A program made the translations under genes and the position numbers. Source: Phoronis australis (lineage: Eukaryota > Animalia > Phoronida). Taken from it: a stretch of DNA of 64,000 nt. The stretch is from assembly GCA_002633005.1 (NCBI GenBank), contig NMRA01000123.1:402364-466363 (forward strand), read 5' to 3'. A model generated the notes under the pieces. That model made no database searches. It was given only the letters and a program-made list of their open reading frames with translations, and was not told the DNA's origin. The number at the start of each line of letters is the position of its first letter. The first letter of the stretch is position 1. This document shows, one piece after another, positions 11,909 to 24,717 of the stretch.

Positions 11909-14618
11909 CAAGGAGTGTACGAGTATAGGACAGTTCACTCCGCCATTTTACCATTCGCCGCAATGGTTACCGGTCGAAACACTAGCGCTCCAAGCGGCGA
12001 ATAATCAATACTAGGAGAGCAGTCCGAACAATGTAAACACTGATGAATTCATACTTTAATGACGTTCAACGTGCAATAAAATTACTGTATGATTGCAAAT
12101 GGTTAGAATACGTAAACTAACATCCACTTATAATCGAATGAGAATGAAAATGTGTATTTTAATCAATATTAAAGTGTATTTGTTTTTATTCTTTTGAAGC
12201 TCCCTTCAAAATCTATCACGGTTTTGTTTCATGTTTGAGTTCTTAACAAGGCAAATCATCTTTCCTTATAACAGTTCATACCTCCATGGACAATAAAATT
12301 TGAATGTTTGCTCCTGGGGGTTCAGAGGGTAATTCCCCACAGGTGACAGCTAAGGGGGTACAAGGCAAAAACCATGTGGGCGCCAAATGGGTGTTGACCA
12401 TCTCCCAGGGGGGTTACATGGGAGGAGTGCTAAACAGGTAAAAACCAATGGGGTATGCCACATGGGTGTTGAGCCATTCCCATTGTCATAAATTTTGGTT
12501 GCTCCCCTGACCATTGACAAACATGTTGCTCCCAGCTCACTGCTGGTTTCACCTCCACCCAATTTCGCATGTGTTCCTTATTCAATGCACCAGGATACTA
12601 ACAATGTGAATAATTGTTTGGTGTAGTGGGTGTTACACATGTAAGAAGAAGAAAGCAATTCATCACTACCACAAAATCGTAATATAATTTTAGAACATCC
12701 CATTATTTCTTAGACATTCCAGCATAGGGTAAACTCGATTGCACTCTCCCACGCGCGCACCCAGGGGGCTCGGGGGGCTTGAACGAGACAAAAAGTCCGA
12801 GAAAATGGGACAAAAGTCCACTAAAGAAACGGAAACGCGCAATTCACAGTGGTGGTCCCCGTTTTTTTTTTTTTTTAGTCCGCCCACTCACTTGTTAGCA
12901 AAAGGTCTACATCGTCGGGAATTCGAGCCCCCCCCACATTGAGTATATCCCCACCATAACCAGTCCAAGCTCAAAATGTCATGACAAAAAAGTTAAGAGG
13001 TGCTAAACAGCAATCAAAATATTCACTAGCCACACAACTTCATACAAAACTGAATTAAAAAGACTTTTAATGGATGATAAAACTAAAATTTTTATTTTCT
13101 ATACCCACTGTTCATATTATCAATAACAGTAAATATTTCAGGTAAGCTAAAGCTAGACCACAAGATCATATTTGTTACTTAGCCACAACTGGAGCTTAAA
13201 TTAATCACAATCTCCAAAAACGTACAAAATAGGCAACACATACACCAATACAACAAGAAAATCTAACCAACCTTCTCACTCTCTATTCACTAGAAAACAA
13301 CAGCTCTTTTTGCCAACGAAATGCGTTGAAGCTGATAACTAATTTACTCACAGAGGTGTTTCAGTGTCATTGAGAAGCAAAATGATATGGATAGCTTGGG
13401 TTTAACAAAATGTCAGCCCACCATTCAGACTCTAAAAGACCCATCAGTTTCACTTTGGCTCTCTTCAAATCACAGGCTAACCATTCATAAAATGTTTCAA
13501 TCTGATCAACCTTAGTAAAATACGAAAACCAGATTTTGACTAATTGTCCTTTCTACACGTGATGTTCCAGTACTTGCTTTGTGAGACGATAATCAGAAAT
13601 GCAAAAAGCCTATTCCACAGCTGTAACATAATTTCCGTAGAACTTTTTGACGTCTTCATTTTTGGTGGACTGGGGACATCAAATACTGCTCGGGCACTGC
13701 ATTCAATACCAGCTTGTTCTTCATTCATCAACATGGACTCCTCGAAGTGATGAGAGCATAAGTTGCAGTTCTTGGACAAGTAGGATGCACTCTATTCATA
13801 AGGTCGGCTCCCAGTGCTTGCACCTGAACAGAAATCAATGAGAGACTCAGGAACAAACCTCATACTCACCAGGTTCACAGAGACTGGTAGCCTACACTAA
13901 ACTACACTACAGAAGTCCTGTCGTACTGTGATTGTGATAGAGACAAAAGCGTCTTGGTGTCAACTAAAAAAACTAGGACTCAAATGTCGATCCACGGATA
14001 TTTTAAGGGCTGCACAACTTTTCACCGAGACCCACAGATTCTCTGACTTGACTAATGAAAGACTTAAAAGGCCCTGTGGCCTGTGGCTGTGATTGTGCCA
14101 TGGCCGTGTCACCACGATTCATATTCACCCATGGCCATGGGAATGTTTTCCTAAAATTATCCCTGCGATCGTTAGAGTGACATTTTGATTTGGAATACAT
14201 GGACTGCAAGTATCCAAAAAGCTGACGATCACATCGTACGTTAATCATAGTCCTCTTCCGCCGGCTGCCCAGTAGGTCTAGCCTACACTGCAGACAACAG
14301 ACAGTGCCGGGCACCGGGACTGCGATCGACTTGTCTAACAACCGTGAACAGAACACACAAAATGAAAGACAATGTATCATATTATTGAATAACAGATAAT
14401 CCTTACCTTTCTGGATCCTTAGGAAACCTACAAAATGACACGTCTGGGGTTTTCGTGGATGAATTCATGCATTTTATCGCACTGCAAAATGCATCCGTCC
14501 CCATTGCCGGGTTTTGGCGCTTCCTGGTTGACCGTAGCTTGTTCACCACTTGGCGGCGCTAGTAGTAGCGGTAACAGCGAACTCACAAGTGAACTCTCCT
14601 ATACTACTACACTCCTTG
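11909..14618 (-). mobile_element. Non-autonomous P-superfamily-like element with THAP remnant
   Basis: TIR CAAGGAGTGTA..AGTATAGGA(C/G)AGTTCACT at both ends, CA..TG termini, 7-bp TSD ATACAAG (11902-11908, 14619-14625). Confidence 0.8.
13645..14504 (-). pseudogene. Two-exon THAP zinc-finger remnant of the P-like transposase
   Basis: Exon 1 FCSAIKCMNSSTKTPDVSFCRFPKDPER|GTAAG (ends 14407); exon 2 after TTCTGTTCAG at 13823: CKHW..NCNLCSHHFEESM..AVFDVPSPP with indels; C2CH THAP signature. Confidence 0.75.
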
Positions 14619-16403
14619 ATACAAGTATCCCCACGCTCAAAAACCTGTTAGGATGCTTGAACCTTATGTCGCAATGCCAACCGTATTTTCTCATCAACCT
14701 CTGACGCAATAAATGCTCTCCTCGAAGCATACAACGCATTCAGATGTTAAGCAAGAGTCGCTGGTAGTCAAACCCTCCAAAGCCAGTAAACTACGTGACA
14801 TAATGTTTGGAAGATTATGATTTCTACCGAATACGAGTTCATACATGTAGCTACTGAAGCCACTCCACATTTGAAAACAATTACGAGCCACATCAGCGCA
14901 ACAGAGTAAAACTTCTATGTCAGTCTTGGGGTACTGCTGCTCTACCAACTTCACCAACATACTATCAGTAACCGCATGAATACGCTCACACAAACCAACC
15001 TGGAATGAACTACCTGCAGCTGTATTGTGGATGTCAAGATTTAAAACACTGGCTACCTTTCTGGTTTCGCCAGAACCTAAATTCACCCCCATTGTTAGAA
15101 AAAATCGCCCCATAAACCACAACCAGCACCAACCCAGTTTGTCATAATCTTGTCGATTACCAAACCCGGTTTCTTGCGATCAGTGAACACAGCAACACAG
15201 ATTTTTCGAAAATTTCAGCGGTATCAGTTTCCAGGTCCAAGTTTACCTTGGCAGTTTTCATAGCCTGCTTTGACAAGAGCAGAAATATCTCTGAATCAAC
15301 CACATCTGTCGTAATAGTAACATATTGCCCTTCCAACACTGCAGGGATTTCTAAGCTAGCAACCGAGGGAAGACTGTGACCACTACCAAACTTAAACACT
15401 TTCACACCTGGGTATCGCTAAACCTTCTGTAAGTCAGACTCACAGAGGAAATCTAGGTATGCATAATCATCTTACAAAATTTGACCACACACTGTACACG
15501 AAAATGCGCTATCCAACACAACTGAATTGTGGGTCTCCCGCATCAGTTCTGTTAAGCTGGCTTTCTGATGACACGTAAAAAGCACTGCATGCTCTCCCTG
15601 TTTGCCAAGCATGTCAAACGTTTATCTTACAGTGTATATCCGGTGGGATTCAAAGGTCTATCATTCACACTCATGTTCTGGTTATTTGCATACACGCGAC
15701 CACGCCCTGCAATTTTGATACGCTGTTTTCCGCCATCACCCCAAGCACCTCTTCTGACAAAGCCCTCCGCGAGAAGCGCATCCTTGTGTTCATGCAGCCA
15801 AAAACCGCCGGCTCAAGTTTAACTCCCAGTTCTAAGTGTTGCCGCTTTCCGCACTGCCGGGGTCACCTTTAATCATTTTGACGAGGGTTTTACCTGTCCA
15901 TAGAATGTCGACCGCTCACTGTAGTCTATTCCAGTTAAAACTAGAAGTTTTTTTCTCGTGAAATATTTGCTTTGCATAAGAGTGTACATGCCAAAATCTA
16001 CGCGCACATTCCTCAAAATCCTCATTTTTTTCAAGACTGTCCGCTAAGTCTTCTTTCCCAAGCTTAATATCAAAATACGCAATAAGTTTCGCCAGTCCGT
16101 CATCACGCTTAAGCTCATCAAACACCTGTTCGCGAATACCACTTGCACCCTCTGCCAAGGACACCGCCACTGCTATACCACGTTTCTGTCCTGTGACCTC
16201 ATTCCACGCTATAATCCAGTCATTTTAGAGCTCCAGAGCGCCCAACCTATAAAAACTGCAACAAAAGATGTTTTCCAATAAATGGCATCTTCGACAATCC
16301 CTTGTTGTCAGAAAAAAGTCTACCAAAATCAGAGTGGCGGAAGTCGTGTTTTCAAGATGGCGGGAAAATGTCAACCAAGACCAATTTTTAGTGCTTTCTG
16401 GCA

Positions 16404-17509
16404 TGTTACTCATATGCACAGGCGCTTGGGTTTATCGCAAATGACGTCACTCAATAATATATATAAGAAAACATAAAGGTTGGACACTTAAACATTGCCA
16501 AGCCGAGGCTCCCAACTTCAACCGTCCAAAATCCAAATAAAATCTGCGTGCACCTCCCTCAGTCTGGTGTTGCATAAACCTTCGAAGCCTTATCTTTCCT
16601 AGATCCCATTAACTGTCTTCGTGAGTGGTGAATTGGCGATGGAATTTCCAAAACAATCTCAAAACTCTGAATTCAAGGACCTGAAATAGTAAACATGGCG
16701 GATTTCAGTTGTGCTTCAACTTGTACGCCTGTCGTAGGTGAAACTTCGAGTTTGAGCAATTCTAATCCAAAACTCAACTAATTGAGAATGTTAAAGTTAG
16801 TATTTTAATGATTATTTGTAACTTTATTCCACTGACGGCTCATTTTAGCACATAACTTAGAATTTTATTACATAAACTGGCGTATCTTGTTTCTCATCTT
16901 GACATCACGCACTTTTTTGATTGAAGCACAACACACACTCGGCCAGGAAACGCAGTCCGTGCAAGTATTACAATGCGCGTGGCCGACGAGTTAACTCAAT
17001 GGTTTTGGCCAAAAGTAAAACCTTCATAAGAAATCAGAGTACACAAAAAGTACGCATATCAATACAGTATCAAGATAATTTATATTTGACACAAATATGT
17101 GAGTAATTACATTTATTTGGCAATAAAGTGCTCTCTGCTTCTCATGATCAAGTAGTAGAGGGATTGATGATGAAAGCCGCGCGAAATTAGACTTTCGGAT
17201 TTAGCTCGCGAGCGTCCTTCAAAACCCGGATGTGCGAAGACCGTCTGCCATGACATCACTGAATCACGTCCTTGAATTTGTGATTTTGGCATTCTTTTGT
17301 CATTTTTGTCGCCAAATCACCACTCGATGGCAATTTTAAGAGATCGAATGAAAGAAAGTATTCTAAGAGTTGTCCGATGCTCGTTCCATGCACGTTTGAG
17401 TAGAAAATTCTGAGCAAACAGATTTCGAGTGTCCAACCTTTATGTTTTCTTATAATTATTGAGTGACGTCATTTGCGATAAACCCAAGCGCCTGTGCTCA
17501 TATGTAACA
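16404..17509. mobile_element. MITE with ~85-bp TIRs nested in the Academ 5' region
   Basis: ..CACAGGCGCTTGGGTTTATCGCAAATGACGTCACTCAATAAT..GGTTGGACACT (to 16488) and its reverse complement at 17428-17509; TSD not resolved. Confidence 0.7.
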
Positions 17510-19050
17510 GCGCAAAATAAAACAATGAAGCTTGTCATTCATTAAATACTTCTATACCAACCAAACGATGCCAATTTTTCTGAAAATAAACCAATTTGGC
17601 AGACAAATTGGAGGCCGAAAGGACAATTTGGTACATCTTGCAAAATTTCTTTTTAGGTTTTGCCTAAAAATGGCAAAAAAATTATGCTTTTGTAAAATAG
17701 ACAGTTTAAAATATCTGAGCCTTACAGTTGGTCTTTGGTTGGAGAGAAAAATAAAAATGGCCGCTAACGCACAAACCCCAAACTAAGCGCATGTGCATCC
17801 TGCAAAATTTATTTTTAACCGGACAAGGGTTTAGACAAACCATTTTACAATTTACAGTCAAGCTTAATAACCTGTTTTTTTAATTTTTTTTAACAATTAG
17901 ATACTTAATGTGGAATATTACTCAATTTTTAGTTTACTTCACATAAAAGTTGGGGGGTTTCAGAGAATGCTTAGTTTAATTTGCATAGCAGATTTCACAC
18001 ACTCACTTACTTTTCTATAAAACATATTCATTTGAGGTACAGTGTAGGCTTGGCGAATTTCATATTGGAAATGAGATGACTTTTCTGATGTAAAGTACAC
18101 AAATTCTCGAGACCGCAAATGCACCAAGCAGTGAAATCAATTATGTTAAATAGAAAAAGTGCGGATAGAGCACTAAGAGGAATATGTTGGTAGACTCAGA
18201 ATTGAATAACAGCCAGAGCATTCGACATCCCACTTCCAAAGATTGACAGATCAAGTAGCGACAACCTAGAACCAATGACATCAGGATATGAAGAAAGAAG
18301 TTCCAGTTCTTCAGAAATTCCAGGAGTCCTCAATGTCACCAACACAGAACACGCATATTCCGTGCCAAGAGATGGGACAATTCAACGCTTGTTCACTAAC
18401 ATTGTATTCCCCAGCCATCAGAACTGATTGCATAACTACAGATTTATATGCACTGGGACACGCAAAGAACAGGCAGTGTCTTCCGATTCTTAACCTTGAA
18501 TGGAATACCCTCACGAGAATTCACTTCTGGCTTCCGAAATGCTGTTATTTGTAGATTTAAGCAAGAATGAATCAGAATAAAGGTTTTCAGAATTCGCAGT
18601 GACAGATAAGAATGGTTCTACGGAGGAGTCAATGGCCACTGATGTACTTGATGATGATTTGAAAGATGGCACATAAGCCAGAGTTGTCTTTGCAAAGTCG
18701 AACCAGCAGTCTCTGGCTACAGTGTGTGAATATGGTTGACATCGTTCGATTTTTTTCTGATATCAGAAGAACGTCAGATTGGGCACTTCCCCTAAAGCAG
18801 TTTCTGAAATGTTGCCTTACTTTACAGCTGCTGGTCACAATACATGCGCAAGATCTGGATCACTATACGTGTACTTGCAGCAGATATGACAATTTAAAGA
18901 CACACACCCAGATGTCTACAACAGCTTCGTTAACGACCTCCATCTGACCTTGCAATTGAACAAACGCTCGTGAAAGACATTCAACTGGTTTAACTAGAGG
19001 TCGCGGCATGAGAGATACACAGCGTAAATAGTGGCTGCTTTAAAGTTAAA

Positions 19051-20760
19051 AGGAGAATGCCACCCCGATTTAATTAGTCTTCTTTACCGTCTTAATCGGT
19101 CTATATCCACATCGCCTCTCATACGGTCGACCTCACCTTGCCAAGAGGTGTCGCGTTAACCTCTGAGCAAGGTGAGAAACGACGCAGCGACGTCAGTGGT
19201 ACGTCTACAGAGTGAATGCCGCTATATCTTTCCCGCTTGTCCGAACTATGAAGCTGCGAAGAAAGCGGGTTGTCGTTTTTTCGATTTCCTCGAGAGCCTA
19301 GACGCTTAGGGTGTGGCTTGCGGTAATGAGTGAAGAATGAAAGGTACTATGTTAATAGCAAGTATGAGGCCGTGAAAAATCTCCGCGTCTGTGGCCGGCA
19401 TTTTGTCGACAGTGATTTCTCTGACGAATTCCGGCTTGCCAAAGAACTATCCACACGTTCCATTGCCTTTGCATGTTCACGGCACCTCTGTAGTATTTCT
19501 CGATCACTGTACATGTATTCCAGTTCGAATTGATAGCCTGTGAAATCTAACGATCCGACCCTTGAAGTCTTCGTCGGATGACCTCTTGACTAACTACATG
19601 TAAGTCGGGATTGGCGCCGGTCGAGTTGCCATGTAGACGTTTATTATTCTGCATTCTGTTTCAAAATGAATTATTCTCATCCTAACCAATGCTTATATAA
19701 AACTGAAACAAAGTCTGTCTAATTTGATACAATTTTTAATGCCTTTGCAGTATTCGTGAGTGCAAATGTTGAGAATCCAGCAATGAATAAACCGCTGCGT
19801 TACCGGCTTTTGATGCCGGCAATAAAAGTAATTGACCGGGCACCGAGGCGGTGTGAGCGCATGCTAATTCAGTGTTTGCTGACAGAACGCTGTTGTGAAA
19901 CAATTACTCGATTTTATATGCTCTGGTCACATGTTAGGGGAATCTTTATTTAGAAATACAATTACATGTACATTATTCAAATCATTGTTACTATACAACC
20001 TTTGCCCTGACGGTCTGTGGAAGGCGAATCTGACTGATCGCGGCCCCCGACAAATGAGTAGATTTTCAGTTTCGTGGCTATTTCATATTATTTCTTTGGC
20101 TCACTGTTATAGTCTTTTCGTGACTGGAGGTTAGTAGTTTCCAACTCAAGCTGGTTTATGTTCGTGCCAGTCCCGGCGGCCGCGACGGGCCTGATCGGGT
20201 TCCGAGCCACTGGCAGGGATAACCAGTCAGTCCGGCAGCGACGGGCCTGATCGGGCTCCGAGCTGGTTGGGATAACAAGCGTTTTGTGTTAGAACTCAAA
20301 AAATCGTAAGTCTAAACAGCACAGTTCTAGGTTTCCCTGCCTGTATTTTACGGACGAATACTTCGAATTTATCTCCGAACAGACCCCAAACTCCTGCTAA
20401 GGAACTTTTTTAATTTGCCGAACTTTGTAGGTTACGGCGTGTCCAAATACCAATAAATCCGTAACAGCGAAATAAAACAACACGTTTTTATAAGAACTCG
20501 GTGTATTTTTAAGGGTTTTACATAGAATTGTGATTATTTATTGGTGTTAAACAATGAATTCAAGCGATGAGCTGACACCAGTAATCCGTGCTGTAAACTG
20601 CTGAACAGACTGCGTGTGAAACCAATGACGTGGTTGGATAATTTCAACACCTCCGTCTGCCGTCAGGTGTCAGGTAACGCAACCGAACGTGCCGTTATCG
20701 AGTAGAGCTACTCGATCTAAATTGGTACAAAATAGGTTGTTCTTTGGGTGGCATTCTCCT
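19051..20760 (+). mobile_element. Non-autonomous Kolobok element, copy 1 (inside Academ)
   Basis: TIR AGGAGAATGCCACCC..GGGTGGCATTCTCCT, TTAA/TTGA target; THAP remnant (LRVCGRHF); absent at the homologous site of the second Academ copy (~39207). Confidence 0.85.
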
Positions 20761-23366
20761 TTGAATGGTGCCATACAGAGTGGGACAAGCTTGGCTTGCA
20801 AAACAAGTGAGCAAGATAAAGAATGTACCCAGGCTAGACAGTCGCGGTATGACAAAGACATCCTCAGCCTTGTTGAATTCCTCCACAACAGAAACCCATT
20901 TGAAAAGGGAACATTACAAAACATCACCACTGATGTTACTGCAGGAACACGCGGCAATGCCGAAAATGCCAGAGAAGCGGGGGAGGCAATCCTATTGTCT
21001 ATGGAGGGGTCGAGTGTGAAAGACTTCACCTTGAGAAAGAAAACAAGGTTTTGTGGCAATGACAAGTTCATCAATTCATGTTGCCAATACTAATTTTACA
21101 CGAGTGGATCCACAACAACTATTTCAGTGAATATTGGCATCTGTAAAAGACAACAATGAGTTTATTAAGTTTGAACTGTGGGCTGTATCCCCGCTCTTTT
21201 TGAGACATCTGGCCTTCCTAGAATTGTTAATAAATCAATATTATCTAATGCACTCTGGTCAAGTTGGGGACTAATTGATGAATACCAATTTCCAGAAAAG
21301 ACTGGGATGCATGTAATTGACAGCGGTTCTTTCCGCCACCGTATTCCATGGCCTAGAGGTGCATCGTTTCAGTCAATTGGTGGAACTTATGTGGATTACG
21401 TCAGCAAGCACCTAGCGTACTGTTGCTTTTGATCGTTATGTCTCCAATGTTGGAAGACTGGTAGGGGCCGGTGTTGGAACTGAAGTTCAATGGAACGGTG
21501 ACATGGTGATCAAGTCAAGCTAGGAGCATTTTGGCAACCAGCAAAAACAAGCACATGTGTATTCACCCCTTTTCAAACTTGTTACCAAATGTTGGTACAA
21601 GCTAAAGGTGACGCAGAGGTTTTAATTGTAGAATTATCAGTAGAAAACGTTTCACATGGTCCATTGCAGACGACACAGACTTGTGGGTATTTTGTGTTAC
21701 CATGCTACGTCACAGCATTTTCCATTGCTCAAAAAATCAGACAAGAGGCACCAAAGCATGTGGGACATCAAGACGCTGCAGTTGTCTTGGTGCCAAAACT
21801 TCAGTGGTTTTGCCATTTGCGCATGTAACAGGTGACTGCGATACAAAATCAAGACTGTTTGGTATTGGCAAGGCTCTCCCTTTCAAGAAACTGCGTGATC
21901 AAGATTTGCCAAAACGTTAGAGTATTCGCTAGACCAATGCAGTTGAAGAAAGGCATATTTAAGCAAGTAAAATAACTGTGTCTATACTTTACGGTGGACC
22001 TGGCTTGGGAAGTTTGGATGACTTGCGAATACAGGCGATTTGTAGCATCAGTCCGAATATACTTTTTATCACCAACTGCTTCAGCAGCTATTCCATACTA
22101 TCAAGTGCAAACTGGTCAAAGTTCCTTAGCAGTGGGCTACACCCGCTGGGTTGGGGATGCGTGCTGGTAGGTGGAAAACTTCTTCCTATGACGACGGATC
22201 AGCTAACAGCACCAGGGAACCAACTAAGCAATAAGATGCTCGTAAAGGACTGACTACAGTTCAAAGAGATGTGTTTGCAAGAAGTAAGGATTGTCATACT
22301 TGGTTGCATGTTGAGAATGTCGTGGTATAAGCTGCAGCAATTCATTCTCAGTTGACACAGATTAGTTGTGTAAGTACTTGTTGATTGTGTACAGATTTTT
22401 ATCATGGACTGAGAATTACTGTTTCGGACAAACTTGTAACACCACTAAAGAGAATCCTAACGGGAGTTGTACAAAGGATTAGAAACTGTTTAACTTGCTA
22501 AACATATCTGGAGTGTCCCTTTCTCGATCCTGTTTCAACTGTTGCTGTACTTACATACATTTACAACTTACTGGAGGTGACAAAAAGGCTCAGCTGGTGA
22601 TGATAGTAAATCACTAAATTAATTGCAGATAAATATTTTCAATACAGCCTTTTTCAGGAGCAGGGTGACCCTTCAGTCCAGGTGAACCCGATGTTTTTCA
22701 CCGAAATTAGTTATTTTTGTTGAAGATTCGTGAAAATGATAGTCGTTATCATTAAAGCCAGACAAAAATTATTTTAACGGATGCATTGACCTAAAACGAA
22801 TGATATGGAATTTGTGAAGAAGGCGTGTCTCTCTAGCATATGAAGTTCATACATGAAGGTAGTATTTGGTGTCTAAGTTAGAAAATGGCGGAAGTAATCT
22901 CTACAGTCAAACGCAATGAGTCTCAATGGACTAGTCGACCCAGAAAACCTATGTGGCAATGTTTAAACGAAGACGTCACACTCATCTATTCGTTCTGAAG
23001 TTGTGCGACTCGAAGAAGTTTTGGACTTTGGCGGCCATCTTGTAAAATGGAGGACGGTGTCACCACAGCCATGCAAAATCATTTCAAATGGATTTGTTGA
23101 CCCATCTACAAATTTGGCGACCATTTTGTCTTCCTTCTGGAAAAACAACATGCGCCACTCCGTTTCAGGCAGACTTTTCTTCTCACACTAAGGGGTGTTG
23201 GAGGATTCGATTTATGCAATTAAACCTTTGTTGCAACTTTTCCCGGTCATCCGTAGAATGACTGGACTATTAGCAATTCTTGTCCGTAACGCTCGTAGCA
23301 TATACTGGGATGATAATCTGAAATGTTTATTCTGGTTGACATTGTAGAAATAGCACTTCAAACTTT

Positions 23367-23378
23367 GCTCTGCTACCA
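23367..23378 (-). other. Primer-binding site complementary to initiator tRNA-Met
   Basis: Minus strand ..TCAACA-AT-TGGTAGCAGAGC, just upstream of the gag ATG (23342). Confidence 0.8.
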
Positions 23379-23721
23379 ATTGTTGACGCTCGATTAGAAA
23401 ACAAACGTGGCTATTGCATAAATATAGATTATTTCACGGCGAAGTCGTTATCCCCCGTTATCTAGAGCCCGAGTGGATTTTGGACAATTATCGCCCGAAA
23501 AAACTTCGGGACTTTGTTCTAGTTGGAAGCAATTAAAAAATCGACGTAACTTACATGTACATGTTTTCATCAGTGTGAGGCACAATTCGTCGAACATCTT
23601 TCGGCGTTTGAAGTTCCTATGGCATAGCTTCACCGTCTCTACTGAGGCCAGTCGAGACGGTGGCATTGCTTAACGTACTCGCTGATTAATGGCAGAACGA
23701 TGATCGCCCAAGAACTATAAA

Positions 23722-23803
23722 TACGCGTAGATTAAGCAAAAGTACGTGTACATTAAGCAAAAGTACTCGTAAATTTAGCAAAACTACGCGTAGATTAAGC
23801 ACA
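23722..23803. repeat. ~21-bp tandem repeat x4 (TACGCGTAGATTAAGCAAAAG)
   Basis: Four diverged units read directly. Confidence 0.8.
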
Positions 23804-23836
23804 TTTCTACTTGCAGAGCTCAGTGTACTCGTTTAA

Positions 23837-24717
23837 AGGAGCATGTGAAATACAGACAGGAGAACCTAGATCTTTGTCGTTTAGACTTGTGATTTTCTGA
23901 GTTCTAAACACACAAAACGCTTGTTATCCGGCCAGTGGCTCGGAAACCGATCAGACCCGTCCGGGCCGGACTGACCCGTTATCACGGCCACTGTCTCGGA
24001 ACCCGATCAAGGCCATCGTGGCCGGACTGAAAACATCACGTGGTTTATTTTGGTGAATTAGCGGAAGCTGCAAATCTAGTTTCTAGTCTGGCGCCGCGAA
24101 TCCAGTATCTAATGAGGCAGAGTTTGTTTCAGTTTTATATAAGCATTGGTTAGGGTGGAAATATTTCATTTTGAAACAGAACGCAGAACGTCAACAGAAT
24201 CCTGACTTCTAGACGAGAGTTCATCTGACGAAGACTTTGCAGGTGGATCGTTAGGTTTCACAGACTATCAGTTCGAACCGGAATACAGTGATCAAGAAAT
24301 ACTAGAGAGGCGCCGTGAGCATGCACAGACAACGGAAAGTATGGATAGTTCTTCGGTAAGCCGGCATTCAGACACGGACATGTTTCAGGGCATCATACTT
24401 GCTATTAACAGCGTACTTTTCATTATTCGCTACCGCGAGCCATTTCCTAAGCATTTCGGACTCTCGAGGAAGTCCAAATAAACGATGTACCCGCTTTCCT
24501 CGCAGCTGCATTGTTCGGACAAGGGAGAACGATGCACCGCAACATAGCGGCATTCACTCTGCAAATGAACGACTGACGTCGCTGCGTCGTTTCTCATCTT
24601 CCTCACAGGTTAACGCGACACCTCTCGGCAAGGTAAGGTCGATCGTATGGGAGGCGATGTTGATATAAACCGATTAAGACGGTAAAAAAGACTAAATAAA
24701 TCGGGTGGCATTCTCCT
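23837..24717 (-). mobile_element. Non-autonomous Kolobok element, copy 2 (shorter, inverted)
   Basis: TTAA TSDs at 23833-23836 and 24718-24721; THAP N-terminus MPLCCGA..LFGLPRE..RKWL on minus; clear similarity to copies 1 and 3. Confidence 0.85.

Larger units (their letters stand above)
16212..23269 (+). mobile_element. Degenerate AcademX-type DNA transposon
   Basis: Termini TA(A/G)TCCAGTCATT..AATGACTGGACTA, 3-bp TSD CTA/TTA; decayed ORF with SRTSSLWLQ..DIVR, GLTRGRGM, XPG/PIN-like HVIDSG, GDAEVLI, H3TH-like HVTGDCDTKSRLFGIGK and PLGWGC near the C-terminus. Confidence 0.75.
11400..23382 (-). mobile_element. Degenerate Ty1/Copia LTR retrotransposon (GalEa-like), interrupted by two DNA transposons
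   Basis: PBS at 23367-23378; gag start MSTRINISDYHPSICYERYGQELL (ATG 23342) continuing AWNEVT..AVAVSL..IREQVFDEL below 16211; protease VLDSAFSCTVCG (~15500) and FKFGSG..TDVVDSEI.LLLS; integrase TAAGSSFQVGLCERIH..ELVFGRN; FERGD/VYYKRE..WLG..RVSP across the P-like insertion. PR-IN adjacency gives Copia order. Left limit approximate. Confidence 0.8.
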
